From Lama glama (lineage: Eukaryota), in assembly GCA_028534125.1 (NCBI GenBank), contig CM052817.1:86926001-86990000 (forward strand): a stretch of DNA of 64,000 nt, written 5' to 3'. The translations under genes and the position numbers were made by a program. Each line of letters begins with the position of its first letter. Position 1 is the stretch's first letter. Positions 9,359 through 23,000 of this stretch are shown here, one piece after another. The notes beneath the pieces were generated by a model. It was given only the letters and a program-made list of their open reading frames with translations. It did not search any database and was not told the DNA's origin.

Positions 9359-12300
9359 GAGAGACATGCATTTTGCATGCCACCAAATAGTAAATGAGAG
9401 AAGGAATGGTGATTAAAAGTCATGAATAGGTTGAAAGCAGGATTCCCAATCCTGAGTTCTTAGGCTTCAGGACATTAGTAAGCATTTGATAATGTATATT
9501 TTCTGAAGCATCCTAGGTTTCCTCATATTTTCAACAGGATCCGTGACCTGTCAAAAGTTGAACTCTAGGTGTAATTTTATGTGGGCTTACTGTTAGTCAC
9601 TGATCGGGGTTGTAACGGGATACATAGTTTTTACTTTGTTTTACTTTATTTTACTTTTTCCTATATAAATTTACTCATTGTGTTTCACGGGATCCTGATA
9701 ACTCTAATTACTAACACTTAAAGAAAACACTTATAAGAAATGAAATATGTACCTTAAAATAATTTAAATCATTTCACAAGGTTTGGGTTTTCTTTCCACT
9801 TCATTCACATCCCAACTATGAAGGGTGCTTGTTGGAGATATATATATATATATATATATTTTAACTTTTTCTTTTCCAGTTGAGTTTTGTGTTTATCTGA
9901 CACATAAAGAAGTGCAAAGGCAAGTTCACTTTTGCAACTTCTGAAAATGCCCATTGTTGGACCATCTCTAGGTCCAAATTCATTCACTTAAGCTTTGAGC
10001 TTTATTTGGGTTAGTGGTGTAAGCACAGAGTGAGAGTCCTCCTCGATCCTCGAGAGCCCCCATTCCTGAACACACTCCGTGGACCTCTGAACGGTGCTGA
10101 GGCAGTGTGTCAAAGGGCAGTATCCGCCCCATGGTCGCCTGGCAGCGGTGGTGGCTGCAAGCCTCTCACTTGGCTAATCTGTGCTGTGTCTGAGGCTGCA
10201 TTAGCCTTGGGAAACGCAGGCAGGAGGAGGAGGGAAAAAAGGCTGCTCAAGGGTCTCTTTATATTGCTGCAAGTCATTAATATGCAGACCTAATGAGACT
10301 TGAGAACTGCCAAGAATCCCCGGAGGTCCCTGCCCCTTGCGGGCCTTCATGCTAAGTGAACAGAGCATCTATTTAGTGTCTGGGAACCTGACAACAAACC
10401 AGATCTTGCCAGAAGTTTATATATGAGTACAAAGTCCCTTTCATTTTTGGCCTATATATGGCATATGATTTATTGTTATCTTTTAAAAGCTGTACACTTA
10501 GAATTGCTCATTCCTATTCTATTTTTCAGAGTTTGTAATTTAATAGTCAGCCTTTTAAAACTTTTGAAGCAAAATGTTTAATATTTAAGAAAAAAAAGTG
10601 TATCCACGTCTGCTGCATGTTTCTTTGGGTGCATTTTATTTCTTTCCCACTCCCCCCCCACTTTGTTTTTTTCTGTAGCACTTCAATCTCAATGAATATT
10701 TCAATTAGTTTAGTCCCTCAGACATAATGAGACATAATAGCCTAACTGAAGAAAGAGAAACGAATAAACATCTGCAAAAAGTGCTAAATTTGGAAGATGG
10801 ATAAGCGATATATTCTTATCAATGAGCCTTCCCAGGAGCTATTTTATTTCACAGGCACTCAGTGTTGCCATTTTGGTAATGTTCCTTTCAAAATATTTGA
10901 GATGTCAAAGCATATGAAAGGAAATTTTAAACGCTAAATTGTGTTCCAGAAAACATTTAAAAGCAAGGCGGTTTTTATTTTTCTTATCAAAATGACAATT
11001 TTTTTTTCCATCTTTGAGTTCTTAAACATGTGAAAGTATTGCAGAACTAACAATCTGTGTATCCATTTCATTGGCAGTTACAGGGCAGCCACACTTACTG
11101 GGCACAACAATGGCTGTTTTAGAACTGTAATAACACACTTGGATTAAGAAGTAATCATGCCTTTGTGTGCTGAATTGAAGTTGGATTTAATATGTTTTTC
11201 TGATTTTGTCATAAAAGTGATTTTGAAGTGGTTACTTTTTAAAGTGTATAACCCTAAGTGGAGAGAATTAAGATGCATTTACTTAATGAGTTTTTTCAGT
11301 CCATTTGTGATGTTGTGTATTACAAACTTCAACACAAAGTACCTAGAATAGTTTCTAAAACTTAATCCTATTTCAAGTAAATAACATCTGCTTTATTTCC
11401 TTGCAAAACCAGATACTTAGGACCTTCCAATTTTGCAATATTTAGGAAATATTCTTCATAGCACATCCATTTCCAGGTTTAGGGTATTGAAAATTTTGTG
11501 CTAATAAACAAATCCCACTCAGCTAGATTTTGAGTGGGGAAAGCGAGTTTATCAAAGAAAAACAACACTGGGAAGATATAGATTCTGAATCCTCTAGTTT
11601 GTACCTTATTTCAGATTACATTAGATACATTGTCAGGCTTAGCGTGTCACCTGTTTAAACTTCCTAACTTTTTATTTATTCCCACTTTCTTTTTCTATGT
11701 TAGTGTTAACTTTGTATTTATTTATTTGGATATGCCTTGTATTTATTCTTCTATGAATAGTTTTCTTTTTTTGTTCTTTCTTCCCCTTCCCCCCCTTGCT
11801 TTTCTCCTTTCTAAGCCATTTGCAGTCACCAATCTTGTTCACAGAAGGGCTTTAAACACGGAGGCAGCTGCACAGAGAATCACATAAGCTTTTTCAGTTT
11901 TCCACTGCACCTGGCTCCATGTGTGAAATTCTTCGGCTTGACCACTGCTCTGTGGCATTTTCTCTCTATAGTCTTGTCAAGGTGCTTTCCGTTTTTTTCA
12001 GGGCACTATTGATGTATTGGTTAGATATGGCAGAAGTCCAAGGAGATGTGGTAAATGCTTGCATAAATCATCACAAGAGGAAAAACTGACTAATCACAGC
12101 TTTAACAGCAAAAAAACATATATATATATTGGACTTAAAAGCAATATATTTTCAGTTTTATAACACCATTAGATTAAAAGGTAGCTTTTTTTCTAGTTTA
12201 AATGATACAACTGATACAACATAATTAGTTATATATTCTTAAAGATTTTAATATTACTGGAGGTAGATCTAAGGAGATTATTTAGTTATGAGAAGTTTTT

Positions 12301-13903
12301 TCCATTTATTAAAGTACTTACCAGTGCATACTAGGATTGATTATGAATTTATTTTTAATAATTGTGTCTTTAAAAATATATTGAAGAAAAGAACCCTAAT
12401 AAGTGATGATTCAGTTAAGTTACTTGTTATAGTTTATCTGAAAATTTTCAAATTTCTCTTCTTGTAAATTTTTCTTGTAATTGCAAGAGAACTAGTATCT
12501 AAATGTGTTTATTTTTTGAATTACCGTGAGATTTATACATGACACATGGTCAACATTTGGCAATAATTTAAAAAATAAAGTGATTTGAATTGTCAGTATT
12601 TACAGATTAATAAAGAAAAGTATAGCAGGAAATGCATTAAGCCATTGCCCTACTACTACAATATCAATAAGAGAGTTCTTGGTTTTCATAAAATACAAAT
12701 CTCCCTTTCCCAACTCCAATAAGAACTTAGATACTGGCAATCAGTTTCTGGATTTGTAAATAAAGTGAATTTATACCATTGCCTCCGTAAGCAAAAGCTT
12801 TCGGTTAAGGTTTCTGGTGAAAATGTGAGCTACAACTTGATAATGTGTAGAGATTTACAATTGGAAAAAAATATAAGACAAAATATTGAGAGAACATGGA
12901 GAAAATACAAGCATTTTAAAAGATGATAGGTAGGGAGAACATTTTGATGTGCATGTTTTGATTTTTTTCATGAGTGAATTATGTTGTTAAATCTCTGTTC
13001 CCAAACCACATTTTCCAAAAAATTATAGCAATTTTTGTGGTTACAGTTAACATCTCTAATTTCTCCAGTGTTAAGTAATTACAGGAAGACTTGAAATTTC
13101 CTCAAAAAGTTGTGTTGATTTTTTAAAAACTAATATATCATATTTTGAAAAGAAAATTTTTTTTCTGAAGGCTTAATGCATGAGGAAAAAATGTACACAT
13201 AATTTTACATTATTATATTCGTCAGAAAACAGCACAAATTGAATACAGTTACATTTCTGAAATCACAGTTTGTTCTCAGCGGTAATATCACTGCCTCTGA
13301 CTATAAAGGACAAGTTACTTGCTGGTTAAAAAAGATGTATTTTAAAATTTGTCTAAATGTATCTTTGCATAACAGGCAGTCTATCACTTCAGCTGTCATG
13401 CTTTGTAGAACAGACCATTTCTGAGAAGTAGAAAAACATAAATAACTAGGATAAGAAATTTCAAATAAAATATATATGTTGAAATGTTTCTTGGAAATTA
13501 CCAAAACTTCAGAACTCAGGCTCGGGCCTGTATTTTCCTGCTATACAAAATCCCACAGGTTTTAAAGTAAGGGCATTTGAATAAAACAAAAAATGCAGTT
13601 AAGTTTATTTTTTCTTGACCCTTGGCTTTCAACTGATAAAAAATTCCAAGAGCAGTGTAAAAGGTATGCATTTTAAAATGCCCCATGGACTGAAATAACC
13701 TGGCATTCTTGTCCCTCGTGCAGTCATTTACCATCGCAAAACATAAGTATGCCTCTGTTTATTTGGTCATTAAAATCATATATGTAATGAGACTAGTGAT
13801 AAATGAAAAAAATAAAATAATGTTAGTCTTTCAAAGGCTCCCTAAGGTGAGGACCGGTAACGGGCAAAGTTTATTTGGTTCTCAAACTATATATCTATCT
13901 GCA

Positions 13904-14016
13904 TTCTTTTTTACTGAAGTATAGTCAGTTTACAATGTTGTCTCAATTTCTGATGTACAGCATAATGCTTCACTCATATGTATACATACATATATTCATT
14001 TTCATATTATTTTTCA
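13904..14016 (-). mobile_element. Short 5'-truncated young L1 3' end (artiodactyl, camelid-like)
   Basis: T-run then actgaagtatagtcagtttacaatgttgtctcaatttctgatgtacagcataatg...tatacatacatatattc, the reverse complement of an L1 3' terminus. Flanked by a direct repeat caaactatat (13883-13892 and 14015-14024). Confidence 0.8.
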
Positions 14017-16792
14017 AACTATATCTCTTAAAGAAGTGAAAAAACATTTTCAACAAATATTTCTAAAATTTACTTGAAATTTATTTATATGCTATGTATG
14101 TGATTAAAAAAGAATTTTGTTTCTATGTCTGATACTTTCCTTATGAGAAATTAGTACAGTTGTTTTGCCCATAAACCTGGTGAAACACATTCACGCACAA
14201 CGCGCGCCATCCTGCCTTTCACTCTAGTTATATAAAGCTATGTTGTCACGACGAGGACCCTACTTTAAAAGGAGTAGCTCATGAATTTATTAAGAACATT
14301 ACTTACAAGTGTTTTTTTCCCTTTTAGGCGAGTAACAGTGTTCTTGCAACAACAAAATCTTTATCATATTTCTCACTTTTCTTGTTATGCGCATGACATA
14401 TTTTTGTGCAGGTTCTCAAGTCATGAGAACTTTATTTCATCATCTAAAGGAATATTAGCTAACCTTTAATAAGTGAAAGACACCGAAAACCAAATACTTG
14501 AAGAGAAAAAATAATGAGCACAATGGAACATAAACTACTCATAAAAACAAGCTCTACTAAAAGTAGCTCTTAACATAATCAAGCATCTTAATGAGTAGAG
14601 ACTAGTTTACTAAAATTTTTCTGTGTGTGATGATCATGTTCAACATTATAAGAATACTTAGGTACAGAGCTCAAAAAGCTGCAAAAAGGTTGCTAATGGT
14701 CTCATGAGCATTAAAAAATAGTATATTTGAAAGGGTTATATCAGTTGTGTGATAAAAATGTATTAATTCCAAATTTTGCATTAGTACCCATCTTTATGAG
14801 GATCCAATAATATAATTCTGCCTTAATATTTGAATTTTTATGAACTTCATATTTAATATGACATGAATTTATGTTTGGAATAAATAATTGCTCATAATTT
14901 ACTCTTAACGGTAATTCCGTCTATCAAAAAGACCTTTTATTTCTCATCACACTATAAACAGGGAGCATTTAGAGTACAGTGTGTCAAAATACAGATCTCT
15001 GATTCTACAGCTTCTTCCTGCCTCGTATGTCAGTGTGTGTAAGGGACGTTCTCCTTCCCTTCCTCTTTTTTTTTTTTTTTAATCCTATCTCCTTGCAGGA
15101 AGAGGATAACTGAACTTCTCTGGTGTTCAAAGAAGAACTGACATGTTTTACATGCTGTTCTTAATCTGGTTCTTTATCCTGGCTTCAGCTCGGGTTGACC
15201 TTCCTCAACAGTTCACTGTTAGTCATTTATTTCCAGGCTTATGCATGACAATTATCAGTGGAATGTTGCAATAGCAGTCAGACTTGGCATCATATATAGT
15301 TTAACTTAAAATAAAAAGTCATTATAAAGTGAGATAAATATATGATAAGAAGCTTGGTGTTATTTCTTTAACCATAATTTATGTAATTAACTCTTCTTAA
15401 CTCCTTGAGAATAATCTAGAGGGTTAATAATTGTTAATATTTGTGAAAAATAATTATTTTATGTATGAAGATAGCAAAATGTACACACAAAAATGTATAT
15501 TAGTAGGTGACAGAAAGCTGGAATCCCATCAGGAATTTACAAACTAAAACTTGCTCAAGAGCTCAAATCACTCATGATACTTATAGAAGAAACAATCAAG
15601 GGTGTTCATTACATAAATATGACTGTCTGTTGGTTAAAAGAAATAATTCCTGGTTTTTCCACACTAAGCATGCATTTGAGAGGTTTTTACGTACAGACAA
15701 ATTACACTTTAGTTATTTCAAATTGATCCTATTTTAAAGCATATTTAATAAATAGAAAAATGTTAAAATGTGATTTTGGTTTATGTACTTATTTTCCCAC
15801 ATATTGCTAATTATCAGAATGAATAACAAGTAGTGTTCTAGAGTGCTCAAAAATTGTGATGCTTTGCTTAAGAGACTGAATGAGATTTCTTGAGCCATAA
15901 ACATCGTATTTAATAGTCTTGTCAATCTATGGGAGACAGTGAAACGTGAAAATGTCATTTGAAATCGTGGTATTCTGAGATTAGTAAGCAAACAGGTCTG
16001 TGTTGTCTAGGACAAGTGTTTTCCGATATAGAACAAGTAATAAGGTATTTGTCAATAGCCTCTGCAGCTGACTCATACTGCACTTGGTTACCTTGGTTTC
16101 ACTAATTACAGTCATTTGTCCTGGGTTTGTCTAAGGCGGTAAATGATAAGTGGTGTGTAGTAATACGGGCTACCAGAGTGTCACTGAGAAATCACTTTTA
16201 GGAAGTCATTTTTCCAGGAACCTCAGAAAGCATGCTCTTGGCCACTCATGAAATCTTGTTTTATTGTTATTTACTGGTTTATCACTATGTATGCCATATG
16301 TCGGTTGAATATCACTTTTTGCTTCCTGTCCAGATTTTATAATCTAAATATCATTACTAGTGCTTCACATATTTCTTCCATTTTTGTCTCTAAGAAAAAA
16401 AATATCGATGACATCATAATTGGAGACCATGGATTGAGAAAGCTTTCCACTTGGGTTTTTTCCTCTGTTAAGAACTTCACCAGAGATTTTAAAAAATATT
16501 CATTCTATTTCTACTCACTATTTTCTAGTTATTTAAATAATTTAGAGCCAACTTTTTGTCCATATACTCTGAGTAGTTTAGAAACATCTATCTCAGAGAG
16601 CTCTTTGGCAAGAGTCTTAACCCTTGACAAAATAATACAGAGAGATTTTTGGCTCCTGTCAGGTTAAGACGAGAAAAATTTGTTAAGATACCCTCACCCA
16701 TTACTTTCCATGCTGCCTGTAATTTTTCACTTCTAAGCAGCTGGTGGTGTTGTGAAGCCCACATCTGCAGTCTCTCTTTTCCCTGCTCCCAG

Positions 16793-17098
16793 GTATGGAT
16801 CTCTTCTCCAACTGCACCGAGGAATGTAAAGCGCTGGGCCACTCAGATCGGTGCTGGATGCCTTCTTTTGTCCCTTCTGACGGACGCCAGGCTGCTGATT
16901 ACCGTAGCAATCTGCATGTTCCTGGTATGGACTCTGTTCCAGACACTGAGGTGTTTGAAACTCCAGAAGCCCAGCCCGGGACAGAGAGGTCCTTCTCCAC
17001 CTTCGGCAAAGAGAAGGCCCTTCACAGCACTCTGGAGAGGAAGGAGCTGGATGGACTGCTGTCTAATACACGAGCGCCTTACAAACCACCATATTTGA
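16793..17098 (+). CDS. PCDH10: PCDH10 coding exon 4 (306 nt; CM2 motif CTEECKALGHSDRCWMP and WIRS motif FSTFGK)
   Basis: Acceptor ctcccag ending 16792. Donor TGA|GTAAGT at 17098/17099. Matches ORF 16795..17148 up to PPYL. Phase 1 at both ends. Confidence 0.97.
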   Translation, partial: VWISSPTAPRNVKRWATQIGAGCLLLSLLTDARLLITVAICMFLVWTLFQTLRCLKLQKPSPGQRGPSPPSAKRRPFTALWRGRSWMDCCLIHERLTNHHI

Positions 17099-20000
17099 GT
17101 AAGTATTACATAAAAGGCTGTATCAAAGTATTCCCTTTCAGGAAGTAACGTTCAACATGCCATTCTTCTTTGTGAAAATAGAGGAGTTCAGGTTGTTCTC
17201 AGAAACAAGGATAAGAGTGACTCGTGGACGCAGGCAGCACTTGACAATAGAAAAATGAATATGCTTAACAGGAAGTCAGGCTCCTGTGTTAGGACATGTT
17301 TGTTGGCAACAATCAAACATAACTTCTGATGCTGTGGAAAACATTTTTTAAATGATCTTTCTGTTTCCTTTGAATGCTGCTCACCTGCTTACTTGATTTC
17401 CATGTGTTTTGAAGGGCTTATTTAAGGTGGAAAAACATCTCGTGGAAAAACATCTCTTGACACTTGAGTCATTGAGAGTTCTCATTTTCTTATCGATACC
17501 AGCATTATGGCTTAATCATCCTTTTTCCATAATGACATAAAACACGTTAGGCTAAATTCAGAAATCAGTGCAGCCGTTACTTTGCTGGTTCAATGTAATT
17601 TAGTGATATGTTGGCATGGATTCTAATGTTTTATCAGAATCAGAGGAACTTCGTGATGGAAGCATATCAATATAGCAATATTATTCAATTATTTAAAATA
17701 ATAGGATCTTCTAACACTGAGACATTAAGAATTGTACTCAGCTCCTTCGATATTGGGACCATAGCCTCTAAGTGGATTATTTTATACAACCAATCTGAAA
17801 AGCAAAAATACTTTGAGATTCTTTAGTAGATTGGAGATTCCTTTGAGGATCTTGGTAATGAAATTATTCCATTTACTCTCTGCTATATGGAAGCCTTTTC
17901 CTTTTAGTTAATGGATAAATACCACTGATGATTCAGTATTTTGGTCAAACTACATAAACTAGCATTTGATAAGGATGAAACCTGTAACAATTTAATCCAA
18001 AGACAATTTTTAGCTTGCATAGCAAATCCAGTCTACATGATGTTTCCTTACTTTCATCTTCTAGTGCAAAGAAAGCAAAAAACAAAAACGGAACCATAAG
18101 TTAGAAACAAAAATGAGACAGATTGCAGATGTATCATTTCTATTATGACTTATGAAGTGGGAAGGAAAAAAAAACTTAAGCGGAAGAAAAAAACTAGAAG
18201 AACATTTACTGTAGCCCTTACATGTAAATGTGAAAGGCGTGGGTTGAACACACTGAGGATGTGACTCCTACGTTGGACACTGATAATAAGAGTAAACAAG
18301 TGTCATATGGTTAGAGTGGATCTGTCACTGGATACATACATTGTGATGGCAGCAATGATCGAATGGTGTTTTTGGAAAGATTGTGTTCAGCTTTTCAAAT
18401 TATTCAGAAATGCCATTACCCCAGCATGATATAGTATATTAGTGTTTCAGAACCAAATAATTATGCCTCTCTATAAATTATCAATATTTGTTCTGCTTTG
18501 TTTTTTTAAGTTATAAAATTTGAGAACACAAACGCTTAAGGAAAGTGTTGAAATTACCATAATAACTAAATGTAATTTGGATGCTAAGGTCCTGTTTAAC
18601 TGACACATCCACAGACACGAGTGATTTAAAGTAGCCTAAAATCAAACTTTAATAAATAGGAACTGTGATTCAGTCTTTGTCCCTCAAACTAAATTCTGGA
18701 TTTTAAGTTTAATTATTATCATAAACCAAGCTTTTCCAAATTCTAAACAGCATACTCTCACTAGTGTTTCACTTAAAGTAAGAATGTATGTTATAGAAAT
18801 ATATTATCAATAACTTCAAGGCAAAGATTCAAAGTACATATGATTCAGAGTAATTCAAATATGTATTTCTAGATAACTACAAATATTTGCTGTTAGCATA
18901 TATTAACTGGTAAGTCTATATCAAAGATGATGAAAAATCAATTCACCCTCTTTAACTCTTAGTGAGTACTAATCTTGATGAAGTTTCACTTACACTGGAG
19001 AACTGAAATTTTGAACAAATTTTTTTCTCTACTGACTAGTTTTTCTTTTTAATTTTAAAAATCATGGTAATAATTTTTGTTAATAAAAATATTAATGCTG
19101 CATATATTTTAATGTCAATTTTTCTACTTTTTAAGAATCTGGTATTTTCATTTAGATCCCTGATTGAGATTATGAAATAAGTCATCAGTTATATGTTTGC
19201 TACAAATCAAAGAATGCAGCTATTATTTTACCAAAAAAATTAAGGTTTATTTGCATATTATTCAGATGTATATTATAATTAATTAATTTTGAATAACAAT
19301 TTATGTTTTCTGTTTTAGCCAGCTCACACTGCTCAAAATTCAGGGTTTGGGATAAAGTGGACTGGGACGAAAAAGAAGCAGAAAAATAGCTATTTTGTTG
19401 TTTTTACTGACACTCACCTTAGTTCTTCATATAATTTTAATCATGTCTAAATTTTTTTTAATGTCTAGTGTTCGATGTCATCTTTAACTCACACAGTTAT
19501 CTTTAGAATTACTTTATGGCTCTGATTTAATAGGCATAGTCAATTTGATGGTTAATCTAACCGTACAAACTATAAACCAAAACAATCCATTCCTATTTTG
19601 TCCCCCAAATTCATATGGTGATAGTTGTTAATACGTGTATCATTTATCATCAGGAATAGAAATATTCTTATCTTCTAAATGGAAAAGCATGTCCCTTATG
19701 TAATTAAAGAAGCTAAAAATTAGCACTAATTACTTGTTTAAAAATCAGAATGTTTAAACAATTATTGAGGTAGCAGTTTTACTTTTGCTAAACATACATT
19801 TAGTTTTTTTAATGAACACAATGTACATTTTCATGTGAAGAAAAGTAAGCAGCTGTATGTTTCTTTTTGTAAAGCCTTAAAAAAGCTTAATGCGGCTACC
19901 ACTGTCATTTACAACATGATGACAGGGAAATGGGGATCCATTTAATAATAATACAAATGAGATCATTATCTATACCTAACACCTTTCCATTTCTATACCT

Positions 20001-23000
20001 CTGATGGCTAAAGTTAAAATTAAAAATGGCAAGAAACCAACTTTTACACAAAAATATGTGTATGCATGTTAAAAAATGTACTTTGTGTTTCTTTAAAAAT
20101 GCCTACATACAATTATATTTTCTCTTTTATATAATTTATATGGAAGGATCCATGAAGAGTATACATGATGCATTTAATGAAATGGAACTTATTTGTTGAA
20201 TCAGGAGTAATTTTGAACATATCAATTAATACTTGCCTCATTAGTCATAAGCTCTTTATAAGGATGCCTCATCTTATTTTTGTTATAATGTTGCAGATTT
20301 CTAATACTCTGATAATAACCAAAAGGATACACTGAAAGTTTGAAGAAATAATTTTAAACATGTAGAATATGATCATATAGTCAACATACAGTATTTAGAT
20401 TTATCTTAAAATGTTAATAAATTTTAGCTTAGCTTTTCCTGTAATTTTTATCAGAGTGATAAAAAATATTAAAGTATCACTTTAACTTGTAATAAATAAC
20501 ATTTCATTTTAACAGTTATTAAAATGAAGCAGAAAAATCATTGGGAGTTTAAAAAGAATGTTATATTTTTTCATATGGAATTCAAAAATTTTTAATTATA
20601 GACATCTTATTTAAAATTATTTAGCTTTTCAATGGGCACAGTTCAGTTATGCACAAAACAATCTGGATAGCCTGAGAAAATAAGAAACATAAAAACAATT
20701 TAGGTTTAAGAATAAAACTGGTTGAAGTTACATTATTAATCTAATTTAGAAAAGCCCAATAGTTAAAACGATACCTTTAATACTAGTTTAGTAATCATTT
20801 TTGCTTATGATTTTGGCTTTATATTTTGAACATCATTTCTTTAGATTTTTTTGTCTGTAAACAGGGATATCTTTCAGTTCAAATCAGTCAAAACAATACC
20901 GTTACTTAGAAGTATAAGGATTTGTTATCTTGAAACCTGTTGATTTCTTGTCAAAAACCTAATCGTTCCCTAAAAACTGAAGATAATGGCAAGATAAATG
21001 GCCAACGAAATTTCATCTAAACTGTATTTGTAAAATCTTTCATTTGTTTAAAGAATCAGACAATAATAAATTATATTGAATAAAGTGAAAAAACTACATT
21101 GACATGATGATTTTTTAAATCCTAAATCCATGAAATTTGCTACATGTATACCATACAATGTTTAGACTAGTCCGAATATGTCAAAAAAATCACTCTTGCT
21201 GTCTCCTGACATAACTTTGTTTTTGCCTACTTTTGAGCCCTTTTGAAATTTCAACACAACTCACCCATATCATAACATAAGAAAGGGTGTCAGAACTTTG
21301 AAACATTGCATTTAAAATATTAATGACACTTCACCTAAACTTCTTTTCAGTAACTCGCATTTTAGGAAAAAATTTTTGGACATCTGTATTATTTCTACTG
21401 AGTACTTCAAGTTTCAATTTGATTGAAATTAAGAGTGTGTTCTGTTTAGTCACATCTCTTCCAGCCCCTTCACTATCTTAGCCTGCCTTTGTGAGTTTTC
21501 CTAATTTGTTGAAGTCAGTACAGTAAAGGAGCATATAGAGAATCCACAATAAAATGGCTTTTCTTATTGGTACAGAGTACCCTCATATTTCCATATCCCT
21601 TGTGGTGGTTTCTCTGGGATTTGTATATTCCTCTAATGTCATAAACATAGCATCACTTTATCAAATGTTAAATTCTACAAAAAAATATTTTAATATATGG
21701 CCTTTTAAGCATTTTTTTCTCATAGGTCCATACGTTACTAAATGAATGGACATTTTTTTCAGGATTTTTTTCTTTTTTAGTACATATGTTAGTTTCAGTT
21801 CACTTTTTCTCCAATTTGTGCTACTTAAGGAAAAAAAAATCCTACTTTTGAGATTTTTGTTTTCTCATTTTAGAAGAGAACGTCCAGATTTGTGAGCCTA
21901 ACTAATTTTCTTACTTTTTTAGTTTATCTCTTTGTGACAAATCTCTGGTCTTTAAATCGCACTAGTCCTTCTATTTTTCCTTTACATCCTTTTATTCTGT
22001 AATTAATAGTTAATCTCTTATAATTAAAATAGTTTACAGACTCAACTGTGTGAGCAGGAAACAAATGATAACTCAGGATCAGAAGAAACCCAAGCCCAGT
22101 TCATATTTTCTATAATCTACTGTTGGAATTAAATGTTCACTGGACTTTATGAAATTTTGCTTCTTTGAAAAATGATAATCTATTCACAATTCATATCATT
22201 ACTCCAGTTAACTGATGCAGCAGCTAACTGGAACCTTCCTATAACTATAGATAAATGAGATATTATAACACTGTCTTGTTTCTTCTCCTTTAGTTGTTGA
22301 GTAATGGTTTTCCTGAACTAATATGATTTAAAGTAAAAGCTATAAAAATCTTTCTGAGGGGCAGCTATGAAACAGAGCGGTTCATTTTACATCCACACAT
22401 CTGGCAATTTCTGTAGGCAATTTGTTTCTTACTTATTCAGACAGCAGTGCTTCTCTGTGACTTATCACATGTCATTTAAAATTTGTGCCTTTGGGTGCAT
22501 TGGAACTAGTTAGTATCCAATACTCTCTTGGCATATTTAGACTCATTACCCAACTATGCATATTACAAATGCTAAATAATTATGTGATGGAAAATGAATT
22601 AATGGATGAATGAGTGTTTCTGAAGTGTCCAAATTTTCTTTAATGTTGTCATCATAGTTTAATTTACACACATTTCTACACACAGTTTTTGATATCTCTA
22701 GGCTAACTTTCTTCTTCCAATTAAAAAAATGTTTTAAATTAATCGAATTTCTCTCTAGATAGTACCTATAAATTTTTATGAGGGAAAGTAGATTTTGAAC
22801 TTATTCAAAATATTGAAATACACCCAACTATGGCGTTTGCAAAATATAATGGTGTTTTTCAATACTTTGAGACTTTAAACTTCTGATTTATTCAAAGAAC
22901 TTATTTCATATTCTTAGGAGGAATTAAATTTTTTAAAATTTCTTAACTCTCTTGGAATTTGAATTGCTCCCCTTTCTCTCCAGGTCTATAAGGCAATCTT

